This document shows positions 38,776 to 49,199 of a stretch of 64,000 nucleotides of DNA, one piece after another. Made by a program: the position numbers and the translations under genes. The first letter of the stretch is position 1. Each line of letters starts with the position of its first letter. The stretch lies in contig MU057711.1 in assembly GCA_013265495.1 (NCBI GenBank), forward strand, positions 1,426,001 through 1,490,000, written 5' to 3'. Origin of the DNA: Vicugna vicugna (lineage: Eukaryota). A model generated the notes under the pieces. The model saw only the letters and a list, made by a program, of their open reading frames with translations, searched no databases and was not told the origin of the DNA.

Positions 38776-39204
38776 ACCTAGAGAATGTCATTCATTCTAA
38801 GTGACGTAAGCCAGAAAGAGAAAGAAAAATACCATATTATATGTGGAATCTTAAAAAAAAAAGACAAATGAAATTATTTACAAAGCAGAAGAAGACTTAC
38901 AGACATAGAAAACAAACTTATGGTTACCAGAGGTGGAAGGGGGTGGGAAGGGATAAATTGGGAGTTGAAGATTGCAGATGCTAACTACTATATATAAAAT
39001 AGATAAACAAGTTTCTTCTGTATAGCACAGGGAACTACATTCAATATCTTGTAGTAATCTATAGTGAAAAAGAATATGAAAACAGATACATGTATATATA
39101 CGTATGACTGAACTATTATGCTGTACACCAGAAACTGACACACTATAAATTGACTATACTTCAATTTTAAAAAATGAAAAAAAATGTGGAACCAAAACAA
39201 AAAA
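38776..39204 (+). mobile_element. Young 5'-truncated cetartiodactyl-type L1 with TSD
   Basis: TSD ttattcccctta (38764-38775) / ttatccccctta (39206-39217), 1 mismatch; body gggtgggaagggataaattgggagtt...ctgtatagcacagggaactac...A-rich tail. Confidence 0.93.
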
Positions 39205-39750
39205 CTTATCCCCCTTAGACTTGTTACTTCTACCTTTCCTCAGTGTCTCCCACTGACCCACACCCTCTATCCTTGATGAAATTCTCATTAGCTCTGATCC
39301 AGATTCCAGGTTTGGTCTCCTAACTGTTCTGCTCAATATCATGTCTCTCCTCTTTCCAACCTACCCTTTATGCAACTGCTGACAATCATTCTATAATCAT
39401 GGTTTGGTTTATATGACTTTCCAATTCACAATCTTTACATGGCAGCCCACCAGGTACAGAATTAGGTTGGACTCCTTGGGAAGCTATTCAGACCTCTTTA
39501 GAGTATGTGTACCCCATCACTTTAAGTTTTCTAATGGCTGGAAAGGGGAAGTCAGAAAGAGCTGAGCTATGAAGTAAGTCAGACTTGACTCAGAATTCCA
39601 GCTCCACCTCTCAGTCTCTTAGTCCTCATCTATAAAAGGGGGATACAAGCTTCTAAGTCCATGGCTCCTGACTTTACTTCTTCCTGTTAGAATCCTACCC
39701 ATCTTCAAGACCCAGATCAAATGTCTATTGCATCGAAAACTTCTCCTCTT

Positions 39751-39925
39751 GGGGGTAGGGTATAGCTCAAGTGGTATAGAGTATGCTTAGCATGCACGAG
39801 GTCCTGGGTTCAATTCCCAGTGTCTCTTCTAAAAATAAATAAATAAATACATAAATAAACCTAATCCTCCTCCACTGCCAAAATAAAATAATTAAATAAT
39901 ACAATTTTTTTAAAAAAGAAAAACA
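39751..39925 (+). mobile_element. tRNA-Ala-derived SINE, Vic-1-like (camelid)
   Basis: gggggtagggtatagctcaagtggta...cttagcatgcacgaggtcctgggttcaattcccag (A/B boxes, AGC anticodon remnant), (TAAA)n linker, short body, A-rich tail; imperfect TSD aaaac...tcct.tt. Confidence 0.85.
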
Positions 39926-39992
39926 AAAACTCCTTTTGGGCCTTCTTCTTTATATCAGTTCTTTTATTGGAACAAATTACATTTCTCTAGAA

Positions 39993-40307
39993 TAGGAGTC
40001 AGCAAACTCTTTCTGTGAAATGTTTTGGGCCTTGTGAACCATGCACGCTCTGTCCTAGCTATGCAGTTCTGCTGTTGAAATACAATGTCAGCTACAGATA
40101 TTATGTAAACAAATGAGTAGGGTTGTGTGCCAATAAAACTTTATTTATCAGCATTGAAATTTGAATTTCCTACATTGTTCACCTGTCACAAAATATTCTT
40201 CTTCTTTTGATTTTTTTTCAACCATTTAAAAATGATTCATGGGTCATATAAAAACATGCAGGCAGTGGGCCAGATTGAATCTGTGGGTCTTAGTTTGCCA
40301 ACTTTTA
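39993..40307 (+). mobile_element. MER58B-like hAT-Charlie element
   Basis: Termini taggagtcagcaaact...tagtttgccaac; gtgccaataaaactttattt; 8-bp TSD ctctagaa / ttctagat centred on the Charlie-preferred TCTAGA. Confidence 0.9.
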
Positions 40308-40814
40308 TTCTAGATAGTAATTGTTTGTGATTGTTCATTCTCTCTCTGTCTCTGTCTCTGTCCCTCTCTCTTTCTCTCTCCTCTGCTAGATTCTGAGCTC
40401 ACCAAGAACAGATAGATGTTCACCTCCCATAATACGTGCCTGGCATAGGAAAGCATTTCTCCAGGACCAGTGCCCTTAACCCTCTGCTCTAGGACACTGC
40501 CACCAACTCCAGCTCATCCTCAGATGTTGCCATCGCCACCAAGGTTTGAGTGGATTCACAAGAGGCGCAAATGCCAAGGGAGAAAGCGCATTTTGGGGAT
40601 ATTTCACTTTCTCATTAACACCAAAAGTAGGAGAGAACATTACCAAGTATTTTGAAACTTGGGGAAAGGTTTCTCAAAGCTCTTCTGATGACTAAAAACT
40701 GTGAAGACTCCAAAGTCCTGACACCACATTTCTAAACTGCTGTCCAGCCCACAACCTGGAAAGACTTTGTCATGGATCCTGCTCTCCCCCCAGCTCTGCC
40801 TGAGGCCCTGAATG

Positions 40815-40930
40815 GGTAAGGATTGTCATCCTATTTTCACAGCTGGGGAACCACTGCTGAGAGACGTTAAATAACTTTCTCCCAGGCTCAGCATGCCAAG
40901 GAGAGAAAGCAGGTTGTCTATGCAATTTTT
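40815..40930 (-). mobile_element. MIR SINE fragment
   Basis: catcctattttcacagctggggaa...tgagagacgttaaataactt. Confidence 0.6.
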
Positions 40931-41175
40931 CCTCTCCTAGGGCTAAAGAGTTAGAAGTTCATCCAAGACTGCAAGCAATTAAGCTGGGCTTCATTTGCTG
41001 AGTCTGGGGCAGACAGCCTGCTCTGCCAGGGGGGTGTTTTTATCATAAATTCTTCTCCACCCTGGGGTTATGTTCGGCATTTCCCTTGGTCTTCAGAACA
41101 CAACCACACATATTCTCTGGGCTGGCCAAGAGTCTGAAAGATGTCAAACCATCACTGCATCATGATTGGCTCCCA

Positions 41176-41700
41176 TGGTAGAAATATATTGTTTTGCCTT
41201 CCCAACATCTGTTGTCCCTTTTCTGGTGACAATACCTTGATTTTCTTTTGGAGGAACAACCTTTCCTCCATGCTTGGCCCATCAGTTAGTGTGGGGTCTC
41301 ATCTCCCACCTTCAAAGGGGATCCATGACTCAGTCCTGACCAATAAGAATATTTCACCCCCCTGGACCCTGGGATCAGCTCAGAATTGAGACATGACTCC
41401 ACTTACTAACTAGTAGCTCAGCTAAGATTCCAGGACTTCTGTGGGAATTGTTGGCAAAGAGAAGCACTCTGCCCTCTGGTTGCTCAGCTAGGAGGACACA
41501 AGCCTGGTCTTTCCAGGGGGCTCTGTGAGAGAGAAGCTGACAACGAGGAGGGCAGAGATTTCAGGTGGAAGAGGAAGAACCAGATTCATGACATCCCCTT
41601 AGTTTCAGCATCCATGCGTGCTTGAAGCCTAACTCCCCGCCTCTTAAGATAATAAATCTTCTTTGGATTCTTCTTGTAACTTGAGAAGGATTTCGAGTCC
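41176..41700 (+). mobile_element. MaLR MLT1K/L-like solo LTR
   Basis: cccttttctggtgacaatacc...catgactcagtcctgaccaat...aataaatc...cttgtaacttgaga. Confidence 0.7.
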
Positions 41701-42189
41701 TCATAACCCTCCTTTTCCCCTAAACCTGTTACCCTAATTTCTCACTCCCTGCTCCTGTGACCTCTGTGCCTTAAGTTCTCCCTAAGAACGCTTTCAAATC
41801 CAGTCCAAACTTCAAGTCCCGGGTCCAGTCCCATGAAGCTCTTCCAAGCCCCTTACACCATGGATCCTACAAGGATCTGGGTCACTCTGAACTGCTACAG
41901 AGAGTGATCACATGGGCATGACCAGAGGTGGATGGATCAGGATACAGCTAACAGGACTTTGATGGTCTTGATGATGGATTATACAAATACAGGGCTGTTT
42001 TCTTGTGGCACCAGTGTTTTCTGAGTTTGTCACATCCCTTTTACCATCTGTTCTCAACATTTTTCTCTATTTAAATGACTATATAATCAGATATGTGATA
42101 TACAGTAAGGACACCTCAGTTCCATTCTCATTAGCCTGGGATAACTTCACATACTGTTTTCTTACATATATAACAAGATGATAATAATG

Positions 42190-42340
42190 GAAAAACCAAT
42201 GCCTCAATTTTCTCATCTCTAATGGTACTGAAAACATTAGAGGAATTCACCAAAAGTTAATATGGAATGCATTGAGGTACATTACACCCTTAGATCAGTG
42301 CATAGCACATAGTAAATGTTCAATGAATGCTAGATATCTG
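42190..42340 (+). mobile_element. MIR SINE 3' half
   Basis: gcctcaattttctcatctctaa...agcacatagtaaatgttcaatgaatgctag. Confidence 0.65.
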
Positions 42341-43114
42341 TCACAAATGTCCATATTACTACTGGTAGTATTAATACTACTATGTCTCCATACTAATAAA
42401 ATGATAAATGTAAATTCAAACGTGTAAAGATGTTATCCTACTGACCCAGCATATGATCACATTAAATCTTCTAGATTCTCTTCAAAATGGGAACACAAAA
42501 TTTTAAAGAAATTAAATCCTGAGAAATTAAGATTCCGGGAATATAGAAATACCAGCCAGATTTGCCCAAAGTTGAATGTTTGTGCCAGTAATAGTCTGCC
42601 CCAGGGGAATCTTGGGGAAGAGAGTGGCTAGATGTCTACAGTAGGGGATGAAAAGTCAGGAGATTTAGCTAGGAGAATTTCTGAGGTTGTCAGGGACCTG
42701 AGACAGTGAGAAATGGTACCTTTTCTGATCTCAAACTGACTTGATGGCTGACAACAGCCCTAGAAAATGTTATTAGAACTGAGCACCAGTGGAGTTCAAA
42801 TGCATTTTTAATATCTTCTAAATGCTTAATTTGGTTTTGCTGGAGATGTGTTTCATCATTCCCTCCTGCCCCTTAATTAAGCTAATGACTTTATTTCTTT
42901 TCTCCTTTCTGATCAGCTCATAACACATCTCCCAGGCTGGCCTCCCTCCTCATGCCTGTCGTTTTGATCTGGTTATTAGCTTTCACACTCACATTGTTTT
43001 CCATGTGTTGGAATGTTACTGACTGAGACTGGTCCATTCAGGAGGCTTTGGGGCTGGCGGAGGGGACCTGAGCTGGCACAGTCCCGCCCACTCTGACAAA
43101 GAACAAAAGCCATT

Positions 43115-43325
43115 ACATGTGTTACCACCTGACAATTTACTAAGCAGTTGCATATTATCTCAATTGATCCTTGGGGGAAACTGCTGAGGCAGGCGCTATT
43201 AATGCTGCCATTTTACAGATCAGGAGTGTGAAAGCCAGAGAAGCTAACCACTGACCCAGACCAAATAGCATGAAGGTATCAGAGCCAAGGTTTCCTACAC
43301 AGCAGCCGATGCTCTTTGCCCTTCT
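43115..43325 (-). mobile_element. MIR SINE
   Basis: attatctcaattgatcct...tgaggcagg...ccattttacagatcaggag. Confidence 0.75.
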
Positions 43326-43809
43326 TTCTACACAACTCTGCTTAGCCCAGAAACTTCATTGAACCCACTGTACTTTGCTGGGCACTGCAAGGGGCACATA
43401 TCATGATGTTTCAGCTGGGCAAGTGTGGACCACTCAGGATGCTTCACGAGACTCAAAGAAGAGTCACACTCTGGAGAGGGTACCACCACTCTGTTCTCAT
43501 GTCTCTATGGGCAGGTGCACTTCATCCATGATGGGTCAATTAAAGGAAGTTCTGGGGATGCCCTGATTCTTGAGAATGACTTCAGAGAAACTATCTGTAA
43601 ACTCCCCTAGTCTGACTCAGAAGCTCCTTTTGGGCTGGATGCATGGGGTTGGGGTGAGGGGTAACTAACCCATCCAGAGAGAGTCAGACCCTCGCCATTA
43701 AGAACTCCTGGAAACAAGAACTGATTTACTTTCCTGGGAATGTGTGGTGACTCCCACTTCAGAGCCTTGGGGGAATGTCAACAACGAACTCAAGGATGAT
43801 ACAAAACCT

Positions 43810-43930
43810 CTAAGGTCACTTTAACATATATTCCATGGGCTGTGCTAATTCAATCAACTCACTTTACAGATGAGGAAACTAAGGCTCTAATAGGACAAGT
43901 GACCTGTCCCAGATCACCCATCTAGTTAGA
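43810..43930 (-). mobile_element. MIR SINE
   Basis: actttacagatgaggaaactaaggctc...aagtgacctgtcccagatcacc. Confidence 0.8.
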
Positions 43931-45329
43931 GATGATTATCTGGAAAGGAAATGTATTCATAAAGAGTAAGCAACTTTTTACACTATGATATGGCTTGTAA
44001 AGGGGTGAGAAGGGAGAAAGCTTAGAATGTTCTCAGATAACTTATATTCTCCCCCATATTATAAGAGATGCCAATGGGACCATGTTACCTTATGGGAGGG
44101 ACAGGACTGCTGTTTCCTTGGAAGTCTTTGCACTTGATTAAAACTGAGTTATTTGCAAAAACCAATTTTCCTTACTACAAAGATGAAGTGGCAGAATTCC
44201 CAGGAGACACTGGCTATAAGAAATCTCAGGTACAATTATCCAAGATGGAACAGAAGTCTGGGAGCACATCTACTTATTGGACCAGACAAAGGTCCATGGT
44301 AAGACAGTTTGCACTTGCGGCCTTTCCCCCACATTCCACTCCCTTGGTGAGAGCTGGAGCCTTTAAGGCCATGGTCCTTGAGCTTAGGTGGGTCCTGACA
44401 GTTAAAAGCTCTGTCCTACCTCCCTGAACAATGAGGGAAATTTAAAGGGACTTAGTGGCCAACCATGAGGCAGGAGAAGAAAGATAGGCTTAGACGGCTG
44501 TGCTGAAAAGCTGAGAAGCAGAACAAAAGGAAGGAAGTTCCCCCCAGGCTCTGAAACAGTCAAGCTGTCACTCAATATGCTGAGAGGTGGGGCAGCCACA
44601 GAGAAAGAAGAGACTTGGCTGGAGATTTTGCTGTAGAATCACAGTCTGAAAGTGCTTCTGTCTGGCCATCCCAGACTTCACCATTTGTGAGCTGAACAAG
44701 AAGCTGAATGGACTCTTTCTGGAATGAATTGACCCCTGTGTCCAAGCTAATTACTGCCTTAATAACCTGCCTCCTACAAATGCCAACTGGGCCCCAAGAA
44801 GGCAGGTGGCTGAACCCAAACCACAGAGTGAGTCAGTGGGAGGGTCAGAAATAAGGCTGAGTAACCAGAGACTCTTCCTTTGGTTGCCCTGGCCGAAAAG
44901 CCAACCTTGCCAGAGCATCGGCAGGGTCTCTGGTGCGTTGAGATGGGCAGGGATGACGCAACTGGGCTCTGCCCCACCTGCTCCTCGGGAGCTGCCTAGG
45001 TGAGCTGTGGTCCGCAGATCTGCTGTGCTCAGGAGAACCTGCCTGCTGCAGGGTAATATTAGCTCACTTTTATTGCCGTGGGCTGGGCGCCCTCAGGCAG
45101 CTTGGCTGTAAACCTTTGATCTGCCTGGCTCCTGGAGCTGCAGATTCCTACACACTCTGTGGGGCAGGCTGAGAAAGGAGGGGCCTGGAGACAGAAATTT
45201 GACTCTCCCTGCAGCCACCTCCAAAGGCAGCAGCACTTTGAGGCAGATAAGTGAGGAGAGGAGAGGGGCACCCTTTTACCATCATGGGCTCCAATGCCCA
45301 CCGGGGTCTGCCTCCCAAAGCCCAGTTGC

Positions 45330-45570
45330 ATGTACACCACACTCATGATTCACCACATAGTACCCATATTATTTACTTGATATTCTTCTTCAAATTAATT
45401 CACCATTTAAAAAATTTTAATTTATTTGAAAAGAAGTTTTATAACACTTCCATAATACCACTTGCTTTAAAAAAAAAAAACAAAAAACAGTATCAGAAAA
45501 ACAAAAGTACTTGCTAAATTTTAGCCAGAAGCTTCCTGCCAAGGGCTCTGAGCCTGCTGTCTCGTATGTT
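45330..45570. mobile_element. Probable old hAT DNA transposon fragment
   Basis: AT-rich tattatttacttgatatt...aaattttagccaga...cctgccaagggctctgagcctg resembles Charlie-type MERs; family not identified. Confidence 0.4.
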
Positions 45571-46089
45571 GAGACATACTAGCACTTTCTCCTTGGTATA
45601 ATGAGATGAATTGATAACGAATGGCAGTGACCATGAAGCCAGGCACCACCAAACCCAGCAACCAACTCACCTAAGTTTCATAGACCACCCCTCCGGAGGC
45701 ACTGGCCTGAAATCAAACGCCACCTCTCCCATGAAGCCTCCTTTGATTGACCATTAAGAAACACTATCTTCTTTTGACGTCCCCCAGCCCTTAGCTCCTG
45801 GAGCAGTCAGCACTTTCTACCTAACAGTACAGTGTTTGTGGACATATAGTCTCTTTCTTGTGATATTGAAAACTTAACTTCCAGTCAACCCCTAATATCA
45901 GAGCAGGAGTTTGAATCTAAACAACCAGCCAGACATCCAGCAAGCAAAAAGTAAGCATTTGTTACTTCTCTTGGATTTGGTTTGGTTCATTCTCGATGAA
46001 CCTCACCTCCCCCAGAAAAAGAAAGCACAGGAACTTGGTGGGTGGTCATGGGGAGACAGGTGTAAAGAACAGTCCAACTGACCCCGGGG

Positions 46090-46230
46090 TTGGGGCTGGT
46101 TACCATGGGAGAGAGTGAGCATCCTGGCACTACAAGTATTCAAATGGAGGCTGGGAGACGATTTGCAGCTTTCTAGGGGTTTGGATGAGATTCTTTAGAA
46201 GGGGCTCTGGTCCTCAAATGCTGTGACTTG
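46090..46230 (+). mobile_element. L3/CR1 3' end fragment
   Basis: agtgagcatcctggcactacaagtattcaaatggaggctgg...ttggatgagat...atgctgtgac. Confidence 0.55.
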
Positions 46231-47764
46231 GAGACTCTGGGCTCAAAGTTAATCAACCCTCCCAGTGTTAGGTGAGAGCCATGCATGACCAAGTTTGGTG
46301 TGTGCGAGTCCGTGTATGTGCACACATGGGCACGTGCACAGGGTCACTTGTGCCCTTAGGTCTGGCATTCTGTCATCTGGCAAGTCCGGATTAACCCCTT
46401 GGTGGCAGCCACTGGGATTGCATGCTCTGTCTCTGCTGACAAGCTTGCTTGCAAAGGCCCCAAGGGGTTAATTAAGTTTTATTGAGCCAGAGTTTATTGC
46501 AGTTGGCTCTTGTCTCTCTCTTAAACACCTCTGTTTCCTGGGAAGCCAGAGTCCTCTGGGACAATATTTTCAATGCTGTTTAGTTTGCCTGTAACCTATA
46601 TTTTATTTTATTTGTTTTTCGGGATACTCTAAAGGGAGGCTGGATGAGGTCATTCCCCCACTGCCCTGCTCTTTATCTCTCGGTGACTCCATTAAATCAG
46701 GTTGTTTAAATGGAGCGCAGATGTTGCCGATTTTTCATATAAAGGAATGCATATTCATTTACATAAATTTCGGTGAATTATGGCAGTTGGGGTTTTGCAC
46801 TGGGTATGTGTTTGTGTGTGTGGCACAGACTTGAGGGGCTCACCCCAGGAAAGAGCCGTCAAAAGGTTTCACCAGGAAATCCTTCATGTCCATGATATGT
46901 TCATTTTCGTGCTTTATTTTATTTTATTTTTGATGCTACCAATCCTGCTTCACTTATCTCTAATAGTTTAATACGATTAGAGATTTCCTCTAATCGTGGC
47001 TGGATGTGTTTCAGCTCTATTAAAGATTTATATGAAAGCTTTATGGAACACACCTTTTTAGAATTCAGAAGGATTTTGCAAGTTATTATTCATAACATCT
47101 GCCACTTACTGCAAAGAGCCTTAAAACACCCCTTTAATGTGTATTTAATGCTTCTGATACAATATAATATCAAATAAGACGTGCTTTATTATGGCTCCCG
47201 TGTTTGTGCTGCCAAACTGAAGCTCTGACACTGTTGAAAGCCTGAGGTAGAGGGTTTATAACGGCCATAAAAACCTACACAGAGCTCAACTTGGCATTTA
47301 AGGACACACAGAGAGAAAAAGTGTTTTGTGTTTTCTTCTTGACTTGGTGCAAGGTGGAGAGAAGCCGTTTGGCAATTTAAAGAGCCACTGAACATAACCT
47401 AGAAACAAGACAGTGGTCCTTGGAGAAGTATTAAGGTTAACTGTTGTTTGAAAGCAGACCCCACCAACCTGCGCGTGTAGGTCTTAGCGGTAGCCAGTCT
47501 GGCCAACGAAAGCTATGGACTTCAGCTGATTCATCCAGCAGTTTCTCTGACCAGGAGACTTTGGCACACCTTCTATTATTCTTTGCCCATTACCCCAACA
47601 TTTTTCCCGAGCAGCATTTATTAACAACTCATTTTCACATTTCAGTTTATGAAACATGTACACAGCATGTATGTATTTAAGTAAAAATGTGTGGTATATA
47701 TTTATCAAGATGCCGACAAGGAGTTGTATTAGGGTGGTGGGGTTGATTTTGTGGAGTTGGAGGC

Positions 47765-48090
47765 CACGTAGTAGAGTAGAAAGAATATAGCCTGGGGGTG
47801 GCAGTGTAGAGCTCAGTGGTAGAGCATGTGCTTAACATGTGCGAGGTCCTGGGTTCGATCCCCAGTACCTCCATTAAAAAAAAAAAAAAAGGAAGAAAGA
47901 ATACAGCCCTGGAATCAGAGCTCAGTTCCTTACTAGTTGGAGGGCCTTGAGCAAGGTATCAGCCTCTCCAAACCTTGGTTTGCTCATCTGTGAAATGGGA
48001 ACGATGCCTGTGAGTGAAGGTCATATAGTTAAATGAAATAATCCACTCAGAGCACTTAGCAACGAATCTGATACATTGCAAGTGTTCGAT
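47765..48090 (+). mobile_element. MIR SINE interrupted by a tRNA-derived SINE
   Basis: Head gtagagtagaaagaa..., resuming ctggaatcagag...ccttggtttgctcatctgtgaaatggg...ttaaatgaaataat. Confidence 0.8.
47794..47893 (+). mobile_element. Short tRNA-Ala-derived SINE (Vic-1-like head plus poly-A) with 15-bp TSD
   Basis: gctcagtggtagagcatgtgcttaacatgtgcgaggtcctgggttcgatccccagtacctcca then A-run; TSD agaaagaatatagcc (47778-47792) / agaaagaatacagcc (47894-47908). Confidence 0.92.
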
Positions 48091-48294
48091 ATCATGCCCC
48101 ATGAAACAAATACATTTAAAAATTTTTTTTAAAAGACATAGAGCTGATGAGAACCTTAGATCTTCAGGTGACCACCACTGCTTCCACACTAAGTGGACAC
48201 AATTCCAGGCACAAGCAATGGTCCTCTCTGCTTCACTAAGCAGTGCCGCCTAGATGCATGATGTCTCTTAGGTCTGAAGGAACACTGCAAATAC

Positions 48295-48460
48295 ATCACA
48301 GAGCCTTAGGAGTCCCCAGCTGGGAAACCATCAAACTAACCTTAACACCCTCCTTTTGCAGAAATGGGGCCTGGGTCAAGAGAGGGGAAGGGACCTGCCC
48401 CAAATCACACAGGGAGAAAGCTATAAACCATGGCTCCGCCCTCCACTTCCAGAGCTGTCC
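48295..48460 (-). mobile_element. MIR3-like SINE
   Basis: cctccttttgcagaaatgggg...agagaggggaagggacctgccccaaatcacacag. Confidence 0.65.
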
Positions 48461-49199
48461 CACCACCCCGATTCCAGCCAGAAGCAGACTTTGGCTCTCA
48501 CTGCCACTTCCTTTTAGTGAAAGCACACTGGAGCAACCCCTCAGTCTCAAAGGCTCTGCTTTTCCTTGCATTTGTTCCTCCCTGTACCAGCTCATCTTTG
48601 GTGGGCTCAACCCAAGAAGCCCTGTGGTCCAGGATATGTGGGCTCCAGGTAGGGTGCAGAGATGGCATCTCCTTAGGCCGGCTGAGGTTTGCCGGGAGTG
48701 CATACAGCAGGCAAGAGAAGATTCTCCTGGTGAATTACTATACTTGGTAATTCTGAGGTTGGAACTCCCTAAGTGCCCGCCGGCCAAATTTGCTGAACAC
48801 TTGACTTTCAAACAGCCCTCATTATAGACCCGCAGCCATCTACTTTCTGACGGGTTTGAAGTAAATATGTAATCGGGGAGTTTTTAAGCCATGTTCTGTA
48901 AAGTGCCGTCTGTGTCTGCTGTTTGGTTATTTTATGTGGTCATCAAAGCCGTTCTAGGGCTGAGGGGGAGGAATGAGATACAGGGTGGGGGTGGGGTAGA
49001 CACTGACACAGGATGCTTTCAGCCTGTTCAAAGTTCACTGACCAACATGGGCAAAGCTCTTAAGGGTCTGCAAAGCTCTCAGTCACACACAGAAGGTTAT
49101 GTATCCTTTCTATGCTTCTGAGGGACTCAGAGACCTCAAGGTCACCCACAAAGTCAATGACAGCCCTGGATTTTTTCCTTTTTCAAAAAATGTTTTAGC

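Noticed and set aside
39751..39830. tRNA-Ala(AGC) gene
   Set aside because: It is followed by a SINE linker, body and A-tail and has stem-breaking substitutions; it is a SINE head.
44000..44760. Possible ancient LTR or 119-aa ORF (44068-44427)
   Set aside because: No termini, family motif or protein similarity that I could identify with confidence.
47794..47872. Functional tRNA gene (Ala, or Val by the AAC anticodon)
   Set aside because: The 5' extension, disrupted acceptor-stem region, poly-A tail and TSD mark it as a retroposed SINE-type copy.
48243..48827. Longest ORF (194 aa, +) with an overlapping 171-aa antisense ORF
   Set aside because: It starts at a non-ATG codon, overlaps a MIR3 fragment, has no recognisable domain and shows no convincing exon structure; consistent with chance in locally GC-richer DNA.
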